64,000 bases of DNA from Longimicrobiales bacterium (GCA_965248195.1 CBDFIQ010000001.1:1120001-1184000); one strand, 5' to 3'; counted from the first letter of the stretch, positions 38,411-49,696 are shown. Program-made: numbers and translations. Notes: generated by a model from the letters alone, not told the origin.

Positions 38411-40234
38411 ATGCAAATCGGCTATATCGATGGACCTCGGCTCCGCCGGGCTCTCACCGCGGGCTGCCACTGGGCGCAGCTGCAGCGTGCTGAGCTGAAT
38501 CGCATCAACGTGTTCCCTGTGCCAGACGGGGATACCGGGACCAACCTGTACCTCACGGTGCAGGCGATCACGGATCATCTCGCGCACAGTACCGAGAGGT
38601 CTGTGGCGGTCGTGGCGCAAGAGGCGGCAAAGGCTGCTGTGCTGGGCGCGCGCGGGAACTGTGGTATGATGCTTTCCCACTTTCTCCTGGGTTTTGCCCG
38701 TAGCATTGAGGGTAAGACTCGGATCGGTGCCTCGGATTTTGGTGGTGCGTTGGAGGCCGGGGTCCAAAACCTTTCCGAGGCGCTCGAGGCCCCGGTGGAG
38801 GGTACCATTCTCACGGTCATGCGCGACACCGCCAGGGCGGTTTCTGGCGCTCATATGGAGGACATCGCCCCACTAGCGGAGCATATGCTCGACCGGGCCC
38901 GCGACTCTTTGGAGCGGACTCCGGAGCTCCTGCCCGTGCTCTCGGCGGCGGGCGTCGTCGATGCGGGTGCGATGGGATTCGTGAGTCTCCTGGAAGGCGT
39001 CGTCATGTTTCTTCGTGGCGATCCCTTATCCACGGATTCCGAGGAGGATTTCACGGTTGCCGCCCCGGTGGTGGCCTCGATCGAATATCCGGAGCGGGTG
39101 GAGCGATATCGGTTCTGTACCGAGGCGCTAGTCCGTGGGAACGACCTGCCTGATCAGGCAGAGGTTCGCGGCAGCCTACGCGCCCGGGGTGACTCGATGA
39201 TCGTGATCCGCTCGGATGACGTGCTCAAGGTGCATATCCACACGGATGAGCCCGAAGAGGTTTTCTCCTTCCTGAAGGGTTTGGGCGACCTGGTCACCCA
39301 CAAGGCGGAGGACATGGGCGCTCAATACGACGCGGTGGAGCGGGCCTCGGGTTCGCACCTCGCGCTTGCGCGTCGTCCGGTCGGTGTTCTTACCGACAGT
39401 GCCGCCGACCTTTCCGAGGAAATCGTCCGCGCCCACGGCATCCAGGTGGTCCCAATGATGTTGGTCGATGGCGATGAAGTCTACCGGGACGGAGTGGACG
39501 TGACGCCGGAGCGGTTCCACAAGATGTTAGGGTCGCAGGTGCGGTTACCGACAACCTCGCAACCGCCTCCCGCCTCGTTTCTGGAGGGGTTTAGACGAGC
39601 GGCGGCGGATGCCGAGCAGGTCGTGGGCGTGGTCTTGAGTTCTCGCCTCTCCGGCACCTACGCGTCGGCGGAGGCGGCGGCTACCCAGGAGCCCGATCTG
39701 CCCATCCATCTCGCCGATTCACGGGGGGTCTCTCTTCTTCAGGGGCTCTTGGTGCTAAAGGCCACAGAGTTGGCCGAGATGGCCATGCCCGTCGATGAGA
39801 TTGTGAAGGAGTTGAGCCGCATAAGAGATCAATCGGGCATCATGTTCACGATCGAGACCTTTGACCGCCTGTTGGCGTCCGGCAGGGTCAGCCGGAGCAA
39901 AGCGTTTTTCGGGACCCTGTTGAACGTCAAGCCGATCTTGGCCATCGATCGAGAAGGTAAGGTGGTCCCCCGCGGCACGGCGATTGGTCGAAAGCGGGTC
40001 ATCCTAGCGCTCCTGGATGCCGTGGCCGAGGACATGGGGCCTGAGCCCGAGACCGTGCGCTTCGGGATCGTGCACGTCGGGATTCCCGAGATCGTACCCG
40101 AGGTGAGGGAGCTCCTGGTGGCCCGCTATGGGGAGGTGGAAATCCTCAGCGCGCCGGTAACGCCGGTGATCGCGACGCACATCGGTATCGGGGCGTGGGG
40201 TCTCGCGTTCATGGTGGAGGACCCGCCGCGATAA
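38411..40234 (+). CDS. DAK2 (FakA-like) and DegV (FakB-like) fusion protein
   Basis: [49 protein letters not shown]; then TDSAADL, PTTSQP, SS.LSGTY, GR, L.VKPIL, PVIATH.G. Confidence 0.92.
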   Translation: MQIGYIDGPRLRRALTAGCHWAQLQRAELNRINVFPVPDGDTGTNLYLTVQAITDHLAHSTERSVAVVAQEAAKAAVLGARGNCGMMLSHFLLGFARSIEGKTRIGASDFGGALEAGVQNLSEALEAPVEGTILTVMRDTARAVSGAHMEDIAPLAEHMLDRARDSLERTPELLPVLSAAGVVDAGAMGFVSLLEGVVMFLRGDPLSTDSEEDFTVAAPVVASIEYPERVERYRFCTEALVRGNDLPDQAEVRGSLRARGDSMIVIRSDDVLKVHIHTDEPEEVFSFLKGLGDLVTHKAEDMGAQYDAVERASGSHLALARRPVGVLTDSAADLSEEIVRAHGIQVVPMMLVDGDEVYRDGVDVTPERFHKMLGSQVRLPTTSQPPPASFLEGFRRAAADAEQVVGVVLSSRLSGTYASAEAAATQEPDLPIHLADSRGVSLLQGLLVLKATELAEMAMPVDEIVKELSRIRDQSGIMFTIETFDRLLASGRVSRSKAFFGTLLNVKPILAIDREGKVVPRGTAIGRKRVILALLDAVAEDMGPEPETVRFGIVHVGIPEIVPEVRELLVARYGEVEILSAPVTPVIATHIGIGAWGLAFMVEDPPR

Positions 40235-40252
40235 GGCTCTCGCGGTAAGCCT

Positions 40253-40534
40253 CTAGGGCAGCGCCTCTCCGATAGCCACGATCGAGTGTTCCGGCACGAG
40301 ATGGAGGTCGTCTTCGACTAGCCGCGCCGCCTCATGGAGGATGATGACGAGTGTTCCCGGCACGAGCCCGTCGTCCTGTCCGGGGATGTCGTAGTCGTCG
40401 CTAGGCGTGTGAAGGACGACCTGTCCTCGCCGCAGAGAGCGGTCCGCGCACGTTCCGACCAGACGTACGGTCGCCCATCCCGGGCGCGGGGCCCAGATGA
40501 GGTTCGTCGTAGTTCGCAGTCTCTGTTCAGACAT
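40253..40534 (-). CDS. Small protein, putative divergent GroES-like fold
   Basis: 93 aa; start overlaps the upstream stop (ATGATGTCTGA); pattern P..G...VR..RGQVV..PG.LVI..L.LVPE.SIVAI. Confidence 0.5.
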   Translation of the reverse strand: MSEQRLRTTTNLIWAPRPGWATVRLVGTCADRSLRRGQVVLHTPSDDYDIPGQDDGLVPGTLVIILHEAARLVEDDLHLVPEHSIVAIGEALP

Positions 40535-41006
40535 CATAATTCTCCGGGCTTCCGGCCCCTTCGTTACGCATTTTCTGGCGTCCACCGACAAGAAGATCAT
40601 AAGTAGCCAACTGCGCCGCAGATAGTTCCGCCGGGAGCCCAACAACGAGCGCCCGGCCCCCGGATCTCTGGGGAAGGTGGAGGACCATGCGATCGGGAGG
40701 CGTAGGGGGCGCGTATGGTCGGCTCCGCCCGGTCGCATCGATCTCGATGGGCGTTCCGGTGACCGTCAACTCGGCCACGCGGCATCCAAACTGCTGCCAG
40801 GCCATCAGGGGGTCGTCGCCCGCCTCCGCGATGGAGGGGACGAGATCGTTCTCGTAGTACGCCACCGCCTCCCGGTAGGCCTCAGGGTTGTCCGCCTTCA
40901 TCTCGCGAAGGCGCCTTCGATAAAACTCCCTCGGGTCCTTCGCACCGGTTTTGCCCAGGGCTTCCTCGAAGATCTGGTCAGCCCGGTCGTGTAATTCTTG
41001 CTCCAT
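40527..41006 (-). CDS. Hypothetical protein
   Basis: GGAG RBS, 159-aa ORF with protein-like composition, co-oriented with neighbours. Confidence 0.7.
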   Translation of the reverse strand: MEQELHDRADQIFEEALGKTGAKDPREFYRRRLREMKADNPEAYREAVAYYENDLVPSIAEAGDDPLMAWQQFGCRVAELTVTGTPIEIDATGRSRPYAPPTPPDRMVLHLPQRSGGRALVVGLPAELSAAQLATYDLLVGGRQKMRNEGAGSPENYDV

Positions 41007-41095
41007 CGCTCCGTCTGGTCGGTGCCCGCTGAGTTTACCGGTGCGCTCTGCCCAGAATCGCGGTACGCAGAACGGGGGTCAACCGGGACGGGCCC

Positions 41096-43051
41096 CTAGA
41101 AGGCGCGATCCCTCAGCCGTTGCGCCTCCTCGACCATCCTGATGAATTCTCCCCGGTAGCCCTCGCGGTCCCTGCCCACCGAGCTCCGGGCCCAACGGAG
41201 AACGGTCGCCAGGTCCACCGCCTCGCCGTACTTGGAGTCACGGAGTACCATGCCGAATGCCGCGACCGACGCGGCGAACGTAAAGTCCGACGAAGGCACC
41301 TCGTCGTCATCACTCGCCGCGTGGCTGAGAAGCCGGCTGCGGCTCCCGCTCGGGTCCTTGTACCGCAATTTGACAAAGAGCAGCTCCGAGCTCTCGCGGA
41401 GTGAGTCCGGCTCGCCGGTGCGCTGGTAGCGCAACTCGTCCAGCCCCCGGATGGGCGTCCTCGTGTCGACACCGGTGGGAATGATCTCATATAGGGCGGT
41501 TACGGTGTGGCCCGCCCCAAGATCCCCGGAGTCTTTTAGGTCGTCGTTGAAGTCCGCCGCCGCCAGCATACGGTTTTCATATCCAATCAGACGATATGCC
41601 TGGACGTGGGCTGGATTGAATTCCACCTGGAGCTTCACGTCCTTCGCGATCGTGTACAGCGTGCCCCCGAATTCGCTCACCAGGACCTTCCGGGCCTCTT
41701 GCGCGCTGTCTATGTAGGCGAAGTTGCCGTTTCCATGGTCCGCGATCTGCTCCATCTTCGCGTCTTGGAGGTTTCCCGTCCCGAACCCGAGCACCGTCAG
41801 GAACGTCCCCTCATCCCGGCGCTCTTCGATCAAGCGAATCATCTCGGAGTCGCTGGAGGGTCCGACGTTGAAGTCCCCGTCGGTCGCCAGGATCACGCGA
41901 TTGTTTCCGCCCTCCATGTGATGTCTGCGAGCGACATCGTACGCCAGCCGCAAGCCGGCGCCCCCGGCGGTGGACCCCCCGGCCTCCAATCGCGAAAGCG
42001 CTTCGAGGATGGTCGCCTTGTCTTCGCCGGATGTGGGATCGAGGACCAGCCCGGCGGCGCCGGCGTATACGACGATCGCCACACGGTCCTGGGGCCGTAT
42101 CTGGTTTACGAGCATCCGGAGTGCCGACTTCAGAAGCGGCAGTTTGTTCGCCGGCTGCATTGAGCCCGAGACGTCCACGAGGAAGACTAGGTTGCTCGGG
42201 GGAAGGTCCTCGGTATCGATGCGTCGTCCTTGAATTCCGATGCGCACGAGCCGGTGCATCGGATTCCACGGTGCGGGCCCGACCTCCGTCTGGACCGAGA
42301 ATGGATCGGGCCCCTCCGGGTTCGGCAGGTCGTAGGTGAAGTAGTTGATCAACTCCTCGATCCGAACCGCGTCGGCGGGCGGAAGCTGCCCACTATGGAT
42401 GAAGCGGCGAACGTTGGAGTAGGACGCGCGGTCCACGTCGATGCCGAACGTCGAGAGTGGATTGGCACCCACGGCCACGAACTCGTTCTCGTAGATCCGA
42501 TCGTAGCCCTCGCGCTGAAATTCTCCGTTGTAACGTCGGAGAAGCTCGCGTCGGACGCGAGCATTCCTGTAGAGCGACTGTTGCAGGGCGGGGGCAACGG
42601 AAACGACGTCCGCTCTTGTGCTCACGCGTGCGGCGTCCGCCCCGACGACACCGCCGAGGGCCGCCGCTACGTCGCGGTCCTCGGATGACTCCACCGGCGC
42701 CGACGAATGGAGCGCGAAGTCGAGGCGTAGCGACTGGGCGCCGAGGCTCACTCTCTTCGTCAACGAGGCGTACCCGATCAATTCGGCTCGAATTACGATC
42801 TCCGACCTGGCCGAGGCCGGAATCGTGAGTTGATAACCCCCGTCGTTGCTGGCCAACGCGCTGAGGGTGAGGCCCTCCACGTGGATCTGTGCCCCCATGA
42901 GTGGGGCCCCCGAAGCGGCGTCGGTGACCGTGCCCGATACGACCGTCGCCGCGATAATGCCCCCTCGGGCCGTGGTCGCTGGGTCCGTAGCCAGCGGTCC
43001 CTCCGAGATCAATCCGGCGAGCATCGCCAAGAAAAAAATGAAGGCGCGCAT
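41096..43051 (-). CDS. YfbK-like von Willebrand factor A domain protein with N-terminal carboxypeptidase-regulatory-like domain
   Basis: PLSTF.IDVD.ASYSNVRR, VRIEELINYF, DVSGSM MIDAS, LATDGDFNVG, TIAKDVK.QVEFNP, YRLIGYENR. Confidence 0.92.
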   Translation of the reverse strand: MRAFIFFLAMLAGLISEGPLATDPATTARGGIIAATVVSGTVTDAASGAPLMGAQIHVEGLTLSALASNDGGYQLTIPASARSEIVIRAELIGYASLTKRVSLGAQSLRLDFALHSSAPVESSEDRDVAAALGGVVGADAARVSTRADVVSVAPALQQSLYRNARVRRELLRRYNGEFQREGYDRIYENEFVAVGANPLSTFGIDVDRASYSNVRRFIHSGQLPPADAVRIEELINYFTYDLPNPEGPDPFSVQTEVGPAPWNPMHRLVRIGIQGRRIDTEDLPPSNLVFLVDVSGSMQPANKLPLLKSALRMLVNQIRPQDRVAIVVYAGAAGLVLDPTSGEDKATILEALSRLEAGGSTAGGAGLRLAYDVARRHHMEGGNNRVILATDGDFNVGPSSDSEMIRLIEERRDEGTFLTVLGFGTGNLQDAKMEQIADHGNGNFAYIDSAQEARKVLVSEFGGTLYTIAKDVKLQVEFNPAHVQAYRLIGYENRMLAAADFNDDLKDSGDLGAGHTVTALYEIIPTGVDTRTPIRGLDELRYQRTGEPDSLRESSELLFVKLRYKDPSGSRSRLLSHAASDDDEVPSSDFTFAASVAAFGMVLRDSKYGEAVDLATVLRWARSSVGRDREGYRGEFIRMVEEAQRLRDRAF

Positions 43052-43147
43052 TGTGATTCCTCCCTCAGGTGTCCTCTTGCAGGATCGAAGGAATCGGTCC
43101 TGCTCAATCTAAAGGACGAGCAGGGAGTCCACCCTTGCACACACGGG

Positions 43148-44401
43148 TCAGCCGCCCGCGGCCATGGAGTCCAAGAATTCCTGGTTGGTCTCGGTCCGGT
43201 TCATGCGCTCCAACAGAAACTCGATGGCTTCGGTGGGGGGCATGTCGGCGAGGAAGTTGCGAAGGAGATAAACGCGGTTGAGTTCGTTGGAGGACAGGAG
43301 GAGCTCCTCCTTGCGGGTTCCGGACCGGTTGATGTCGATGGCGGGGAAGATCCGCTTGTCCGAGATGTGCCGGTCCAGGATCAACTCCATGTTTCCGGTT
43401 CCCTTGAACTCTTCGAAGATGACCTCGTCCATGCGGCTACCGGTCTCGACCAGAGCTGTGGCGATGATCGTCAGGGAGCCGCCCCCCTCGATGTTCCTCG
43501 CAGCTCCGAAAAAGCGCTTGGGCTTGTGAAGTGCATTCGCGTCCACACCGCCCGAGAGGATTTTCCCGGAATGTGGGATCGTGACGTTGTAGGCCCGAGC
43601 GAGGCGAGTGATGGAGTCGAGTAGGATGATCACGTCTTTCCCTGTCTCGACCAGACGCTTGGCCTTTTCCAACACCATCTCCGCCACCTGTGCATGCCGG
43701 TCGGCCGGTTCATCGAACGTGGACGAAATCACCTCCCCATCGACGTGCTCCTCCATGTCGGTAACCTCCTCAGGACGCTCGTCAATTAGCAGCACGATGA
43801 GGTGCACGTCGGGGTGGTTCGCGGTGAGGGAGTTGGCCATCTGTTGCAGCAAGACCGTCTTCCCGGCCTTCGGTGGCGAGACGATCAGGCCCCGTTGGCC
43901 CAAACCGATCGGTGCGACGAGGTCCACGACCCGCATCGACATGTCGGTGTCGGGCACCTCCAAGGTGAGCCGAGCTTCCGGGTAGCGTGGACGCAGGTTG
44001 TCGAACGCAACCCTTTGTTTGGCATTGTCAGGGTCCTCTACGTTTACGCTTTCGACCTTCAGCATCGCGAGGTACCGCTCTCCCTCTTTCGGTGGCCGGA
44101 CTTGGCCGAGCACCGTGTCACCCGTGCGAAGGTCAAACCGCTTGATCTGCGAAGGGCTGACGTAGATGTCGTCCGGCCCGTACAGGTAGTTCCAATCCTG
44201 CGACCGAAGGAAGCCGTAGCCCTCGGCCAAGATTTCCAGGACCCCCTCGCCTCTGAGGACCACGTCGTCGTCGAGCAGGCTCTGCTCGATCCGGAAGATC
44301 AGGTCCTGTTTACGGAGCCCGGAGTAGTTGGAGATCTTGAGCTCCTCCGCCAAATCGTGGAGGTCTCCAAGGCTCTTGCTTCTCAACTGCGCGATATCCA
44401 C
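43148..44401 (-). CDS. rho: Transcription termination factor Rho
   Basis: [70 protein letters not shown]. Confidence 0.98.
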   Translation of the reverse strand: MDIAQLRSKSLGDLHDLAEELKISNYSGLRKQDLIFRIEQSLLDDDVVLRGEGVLEILAEGYGFLRSQDWNYLYGPDDIYVSPSQIKRFDLRTGDTVLGQVRPPKEGERYLAMLKVESVNVEDPDNAKQRVAFDNLRPRYPEARLTLEVPDTDMSMRVVDLVAPIGLGQRGLIVSPPKAGKTVLLQQMANSLTANHPDVHLIVLLIDERPEEVTDMEEHVDGEVISSTFDEPADRHAQVAEMVLEKAKRLVETGKDVIILLDSITRLARAYNVTIPHSGKILSGGVDANALHKPKRFFGAARNIEGGGSLTIIATALVETGSRMDEVIFEEFKGTGNMELILDRHISDKRIFPAIDINRSGTRKEELLLSSNELNRVYLLRNFLADMPPTEAIEFLLERMNRTETNQEFLDSMAAGG

Positions 44402-44568
44402 GACTACTCCAGGGCCCTACCTGCGAAGGGCTCGATGGCCGATACGATGGGTCGGTGGCTGGAAATTCACGGAGGGTGATACGCCTGCAACCTGCGAGGA
44501 AGTGCGGTGAGTTCCGCGTCGGCGGAATACCTGGAAGAACAAGTGGGGCTTTCGAGGGAATCAACTCG

Positions 44569-44597
44569 ATTGTAATGAGCGAGACTGAGGCGGTCAA
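44569..44597 (-). promoter_or_regulatory. Sigma-70-type promoter for rho
   Basis: Minus strand TTGACC-N17-TACAAT, implying a leader of about 160 nt. Confidence 0.7.
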
Positions 44598-44863
44598 GGG
44601 TTTTTTCGGGCGCATGGAGGACGGTGTCGTCGATGTATTCGCTGATGCTTGCGCTGTCGATCTTGGTATTTTTCGTCGCGTTCATGCCCGTTCCGATCCT
44701 CCTCCAATCTGACGGATTAGCGGGGGCCTCGTCGCTTGAAAGATGTTTCCTGGAAAGGGTTTCCGAACTTCTGTAACAACAAAAACATTGACATTTCTTG
44801 TGCCCCGAATAAACATTCGTTTACCTCTCTTTTTTGTACTTTTTGTATTTCTTCGGAGGTCAT

Positions 44864-45217
44864 ATGGGGCGGCACAATCGGGAGGGTAGAGGGGCGGACC
44901 AGCAAGGGTACGAGTACCAGCTCAACTATCAGCCTGACTGGCTTAAGTTGGTCAAGGTCACACGTACCCTCGACAGTGGGCGCCAGTCCACCAAGACACT
45001 TTTCCGAAACCCGACGACCGCTAGGACAGTGGCTCCCTCCGAAAAGGTCCGCACGAGGATCGTTTCTCCGGGACAGGGGCTGGACATGGAGATCGCCGTG
45101 TCGGATCCCAACGGATGCGTCTACCGGGTACAGGTCACGTGCATGATCGCCACCGGGGACGGCGACTTGGAGGAAGTGGTCTACACCCTAGAGGACAGCG
45201 TACCGCCCGCTACCTGA
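44864..45217 (+). CDS. Hypothetical protein (117 aa)
   Basis: GGAGGT RBS before ATG 44864; follows an AT-rich stretch containing TTGACA at 44788; heads the mla gene run. Confidence 0.7.
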   Translation: MGRHNREGRGADQQGYEYQLNYQPDWLKLVKVTRTLDSGRQSTKTLFRNPTTARTVAPSEKVRTRIVSPGQGLDMEIAVSDPNGCVYRVQVTCMIATGDGDLEEVVYTLEDSVPPAT

Positions 45218-45238
45218 GGCGGAAAATCCAGGCCGATC

Positions 45239-46021
45239 ATGAACGGTTCCGTATTGACCCCGGTCGAGTACGTCGGCCGCTGGTCGATCAATAGTGTTCG
45301 ATCGCTCGGAAAGGCCGGCTACCTGACCACCGGGGCGCTGCGCGCGCTCAGGAACGTGGAAATTTGGGGGCCACGCCTCGTTACGCAGATGGTCTCCGTG
45401 GGTGTGGCGTCCGTCCCGATCGCACTCTTCATCGCCGTGTTCACCGGTATCGTGCTGGCACTCCAGGCGTCGTACACCCTGACCGGCGCCGTCCCCATAT
45501 ACCTGGTGGGCACGATGGTGGGCAAGTCGATGATCCTCGAGCTGGGCCCGGTGCTCACCGGTCTATCCCTAGCTGGACGGGTAGGCGCCAGCACGGCCGC
45601 TGAGGTGGGGACGATGCGGGTTACCGAGCAGATCGACGCACTCGAGACACTCGCGTACGATCCGTTGGCCTATCTGGTGGTGCCGCGGGTGCTCGCCGGC
45701 GTGTTCATGTTTCCGGTCGTGATCGTGCTGGCCTCGGCGATGGGGATTCTTACGGGATGGGCGGCATCGCTCACGCTCCTCGACATGTCCAGCGCCGAGT
45801 TTGTCCGGGGTCTCCGGCTCTTCTTTCAGCCGTGGGACATCCAGTTCGCGGTCATAAAGAGTCTGAGCTTTGGCCTCATCGTGACCAGTGTGGGGTCGTT
45901 CTATGGGTTCCATGCGAAGGGTGGAGCCGGGGGCGTCGGGGTGGCTACGACCCGCACGGTGGTCGTGTCCAGCATGCTGATCCTGGTTCTGGACGCGTTC
46001 TGGGCGGTGGTCCTGCTATGA
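45239..46021 (+). CDS. mlaE: MlaE-family ABC transporter permease
   Basis: ELGPVLT...AGRVG...AEVGTMRVTEQIDALE, LVVPRV, GVG.ATT..VV. Confidence 0.93.
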   Translation: MNGSVLTPVEYVGRWSINSVRSLGKAGYLTTGALRALRNVEIWGPRLVTQMVSVGVASVPIALFIAVFTGIVLALQASYTLTGAVPIYLVGTMVGKSMILELGPVLTGLSLAGRVGASTAAEVGTMRVTEQIDALETLAYDPLAYLVVPRVLAGVFMFPVVIVLASAMGILTGWAASLTLLDMSSAEFVRGLRLFFQPWDIQFAVIKSLSFGLIVTSVGSFYGFHAKGGAGGVGVATTRTVVVSSMLILVLDAFWAVVLL

Positions 46022-46767
46022 GCATCGTGCTCAGGGACGTTCATCGGGCGTTCGGCCAGAACAAGGTCCTGCAGGGATTGGATCTCGAGGTCCTGGATGG
46101 GGAGACAACAAGCGTCATCGGGTTCTCCGGGGCCGGGAAATCGGTGGTCCTCAAACACATGGTCGGCCTGATTGAGCCGGACTCCGGTGACGTTGTCGTG
46201 GATGGCCAGAACCTGAGTGAACTCGACGTCGGGGAACTCAACGCACTCCGCCGTGACATCGGCTACGTCTTTCAGTTCGCCGCACTCTTCGATTCCATGA
46301 GCATTGCCGACAACGTTGCGATGGGGCTTCGTCGCATACCGGGGATGTACGATGAGGAGATCGTGTCACGCGTGCATGAGTGTCTAGCGCTCGTCGAGCT
46401 AGAGGGGATCGAGGACCGATATCCCTCCGAGTTGTCCGGTGGGATGGTGAAGCGGGCCGGGCTCGCCCGGGCCATCGCTACGAAACCGAAGTATCTACTT
46501 TACGATGAACCTACAACGGGATTGGATCCAGTCACCGTGACGGTAATCGACCGGCTGATCGTTCGGATGAAGGAGGAACTCGGTGTGACGGGTATCGTCG
46601 TCACGCACGATATTGAGAGTGCGTACCGGATTTCCGACCGCATTGCGATGCTCCACGACGGCCGGATCCGGACCTTTGGCACCGTTGACGAGATCAAGGA
46701 GTCGGATGACCTCCTTCTCAGGTCGTTTCTCGAGGGACGACCTGAACTCACAGAGAGGGCATCGTGA
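46018..46767 (+). CDS. mlaF: MlaF-family ABC transporter ATP-binding protein
   Basis: GFSGAGKS, FQ.AALFDSM, LSGGM.KR, YDEPTTGLDP, VTHD. Confidence 0.93.
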   Translation: MSIVLRDVHRAFGQNKVLQGLDLEVLDGETTSVIGFSGAGKSVVLKHMVGLIEPDSGDVVVDGQNLSELDVGELNALRRDIGYVFQFAALFDSMSIADNVAMGLRRIPGMYDEEIVSRVHECLALVELEGIEDRYPSELSGGMVKRAGLARAIATKPKYLLYDEPTTGLDPVTVTVIDRLIVRMKEELGVTGIVVTHDIESAYRISDRIAMLHDGRIRTFGTVDEIKESDDLLLRSFLEGRPELTERAS

Positions 46768-47774
46768 AGCGGAGTAAGGAGCTCCTGGCTGGCTCGGTCG
46801 TGCTGCTTGGGATCGTCGTCGCGGTTTTCGGTACGCTTTGGCTCCAGGGGAGACGGTTCGGAAGTACGGAGACGGAGGTCCACGTCTTGATGAGAGATGT
46901 CGGTCAGCTGTCCGTCGGCAGTGCCGTCACGTTCCGAGGCGTACCCATCGGACGCGTGGGGGAAATCACCGTCGAGGACGGTGGCGCCGCCGTCCGAATC
47001 CAGCTGCTTCTCGAGGGCGAATGGATCCTGGATGATGATGCCGTCGCGGTGATCGCCCCCGAGTCCATGTTCGGGGATTGGCAGGCCGAGATCATAACGC
47101 GGTCTCGATTCCCTCGGTACGACTATTATGAGGTCCCGTCCGACGCCCGGCTCCCCGAGGGCGTTCGGGTACTAGGCGGATATATGCTTCCGGACCTCTC
47201 CCGCCTGACGGCCGTCGCGGATGAGGTCGCCCAGAATGTGGCGTCTCTCACGGATCGGTTCGACCGTGCGTTCGGACAGGAAACCACGGACCAGATCACG
47301 CAGGCCATCGACAACATGGAGGAATTCACCGCGACCCTTCGACGGCTTGCCGACGAGCAATCGGATCAGTTTCTGGGGATCGCAGAAGACGTGCAGAATG
47401 CTACGTCCGAGATCGCATCGGTTCTGACGACGGCCCGTGGGTCGCTGGAGAGGATCGATTCGTTGTTGGCTTCCGGAGACTTGGATTCGATCCTCGTGAA
47501 CACGAAAGTCATCACCGCCGAACTGAGCGGCGTTTCGGGGGACATCTCGGCGGCCTCCCAGAGTCTTTCCGGAACACTCACCCTCGCGGATTCTACGTTC
47601 TTGGTGCTGAATCGGATCACGACCCGTCTTGAAACCGGAGAAGGGTCGCTCGGACGGTTGATTTCTGATACCCTACTTGCGAGTCGCGCCGAACGTCTCG
47701 TCGAGGAGCTGAATCTTCTCATGGAGGACCTTCGGGCGAACCCGCAGAAGTACGTGCGCCTTTCGATTTTTTGA
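46764..47774 (+). CDS. mlaD: MlaD/MCE family protein
   Basis: N-terminal TM, L.VG..V.FRGV.IGRV MCE motif, long helical region, GSLGRL, NP.KY C-terminus. Confidence 0.9.
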   Translation: MKRSKELLAGSVVLLGIVVAVFGTLWLQGRRFGSTETEVHVLMRDVGQLSVGSAVTFRGVPIGRVGEITVEDGGAAVRIQLLLEGEWILDDDAVAVIAPESMFGDWQAEIITRSRFPRYDYYEVPSDARLPEGVRVLGGYMLPDLSRLTAVADEVAQNVASLTDRFDRAFGQETTDQITQAIDNMEEFTATLRRLADEQSDQFLGIAEDVQNATSEIASVLTTARGSLERIDSLLASGDLDSILVNTKVITAELSGVSGDISAASQSLSGTLTLADSTFLVLNRITTRLETGEGSLGRLISDTLLASRAERLVEELNLLMEDLRANPQKYVRLSIF

Positions 47775-48244
47775 TTGGGAACCCCGGCCCTGTGACCAAG
47801 CGGAAGGCGAGAATCGAACGCAGCTCCGGCGGCGTCGTGGCTCGGCGCGTGGACGGGAGCGTGCACCTGCTGTTGATCCGTGATCCCTATGGCAAGTGGG
47901 GCCTGCCGAAGGGCCACGTAGAGAACGGTGAAAGTTCTCGTGAGGCTGCCCTACGAGAGGTGACTGAGGAGACCGGGCTGACACGTCTCGATCCGGGTCC
48001 GTCGCTGGGTACCATCGACTGGTACTTCAGGCTCAAGGGTGATCTCGTGCACAAATTCTGTGATTACTTCCTCATGGTTTCCCCCGACGGAGACACGAAT
48101 CCCGAGGTAGCGGAGGGAATCACCGAGTGCCGGTGGCTCCCCGTGGAGGAGGCGATCGCGACGGTGGCGTACGACAACGCCCGCGAGGTTGTAGCACGGG
48201 CGGCGGACCTTCTGAACTCGGGCGAAACGGACGCACTGTTGTGA
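47771..48244 (+). CDS. NUDIX hydrolase
   Basis: [24 protein letters not shown]udix box. Confidence 0.92.
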   Translation: MIGNPGPVTKRKARIERSSGGVVARRVDGSVHLLLIRDPYGKWGLPKGHVENGESSREAALREVTEETGLTRLDPGPSLGTIDWYFRLKGDLVHKFCDYFLMVSPDGDTNPEVAEGITECRWLPVEEAIATVAYDNAREVVARAADLLNSGETDALL

Positions 48245-49479
48245 CGGAGGGGCGGCTCCAGGTCTGGCGGGTCCTCCAGGCGGTCCTCGTACTCTTCGTG
48301 TTCGGTGTGTTACTGCTCAGTGTGCGGGAGCTGCTGAACCCGTTTCTTCTCTTCTGGATTCTGGTCCTGGTACTGCTCCCGTTCCGGGGCATGCCGGGAT
48401 ACGGCCTACTCGTCTTCGTGGCCGCGATCCTCACGGTGTACTGGCTGTTGGCGACGACCGGATTCCTGCTTGCACCCTTCGTTCTCGGCTTCCTTTTCGC
48501 ATACGTGCTGGACCCTCTGGTCGACGCCTTGGTGGAGCGCCGCGTGGCGAGGACCGCCGCGATCTTCTTGCTGGCGTTGCCGGTGGCAGGTGCGGGGACG
48601 GCGGCGGTTCTGTACGGGATCCCGGCACTTGTGGGCCAGGTCGACGAGCTCGTCCAGGCAGCTCCAGAGTTGGTCGCCCGAGTGGGAGGATGGTTCGGCG
48701 GAGTTCGAGAAATCCTTGCGGGCATACCCGGTCTCGATGAAGAGGCCATCCCCAATCTGGCGAACCTCGATCCGGAACAGGTCGTCGCCTTTCTTCAGGA
48801 GCGCCGTGAGCAGCTGGCCAGCCGCGCATGGCAGGGTGTTCTCGGCCTGGGCCGTGGTCTCGGGTCCGCCGCTACCGTGGCGGGGTACGTAGTCCTTACA
48901 CCGGTTCTTACGTTCTACCTGCTCCGGGATTATGACCGCATCCTCGGTTGGCTACGGGGGCTCCTCCCGCGTGGGCGTGAGGCGGGGGTCGTGGACCTTG
49001 CTCAGGAATACGACATGCTGCTCTCGAGGTACCTGCGCGGCCAGGTGACGGTGGCGCTCATCATCGGCGTCCTGACCGCGGGGCTCCTGTTCGTCCTGCG
49101 GTTCCCCTACCCCTTCCTCTTGGGAGCGCTGGCTGGGGTCATGGGGTTCATCCCCTTTTTGGGGTTGGTGCTCAGCATCATTCCGGCCGTGATCGTCGCC
49201 TTGGTCAGCGGCAGCGTGCTGGTGTCTCTGCTCAAGGTTGCCGTTGTCTACGGATCGGTCCAGATCCTGGACGGGAGCGTCATCAGTCCCAGGATCGTCG
49301 GTGACTCGGTGGGCCTTCATCCAGTGTGGATTGTCCTGGCACTGTCCGTCGGTGGATTCTTCTTCGGATTCGTGGGCCTGATGATCGGTGTGCCGGTGGC
49401 CGTGGGTGTCAAACTGGTGGCGGGTCGGGGCCTGGAGCGATACCGGCGCTCGGAGTTGTATGACGGCGCGAGGGGCTGA
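48241..49479 (+). CDS. AI-2E family transporter
   Basis: AY.LDPLV, FYLL.D, YLRGQ, FIPFLG, PRIVG..VGLHP, G...GVP. Confidence 0.9.
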   Translation: MTEGRLQVWRVLQAVLVLFVFGVLLLSVRELLNPFLLFWILVLVLLPFRGMPGYGLLVFVAAILTVYWLLATTGFLLAPFVLGFLFAYVLDPLVDALVERRVARTAAIFLLALPVAGAGTAAVLYGIPALVGQVDELVQAAPELVARVGGWFGGVREILAGIPGLDEEAIPNLANLDPEQVVAFLQERREQLASRAWQGVLGLGRGLGSAATVAGYVVLTPVLTFYLLRDYDRILGWLRGLLPRGREAGVVDLAQEYDMLLSRYLRGQVTVALIIGVLTAGLLFVLRFPYPFLLGALAGVMGFIPFLGLVLSIIPAVIVALVSGSVLVSLLKVAVVYGSVQILDGSVISPRIVGDSVGLHPVWIVLALSVGGFFFGFVGLMIGVPVAVGVKLVAGRGLERYRRSELYDGARG

Positions 49480-49696
49480 TCCAGCCCGGTTGGATGTGGT
49501 TCGACCGGGGGTTATCCTTGGAGGCCGTTTCCCAAAAAATTTATCGATCGCTGCCTCGCCGGCCCGGCGGCTAAGCTCCCGAGGCCATTCCACCAACCTC
49601 GCCATCTTCAAGGACAAATAGATTGGGCGGGGGTGGGCCGGAGTCCTCGGACGATCGGGAACCGTCACGGATTAGGTAGGTGGAGGAAATTGCACG

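Noticed and set aside
44467..44685. 72-aa ORF upstream of rho with a GGAGGAGG element
   Set aside because: RBS spacing is long, the ORF runs through the predicted rho promoter, and it has no recognisable motif; cannot be supported without homologs.
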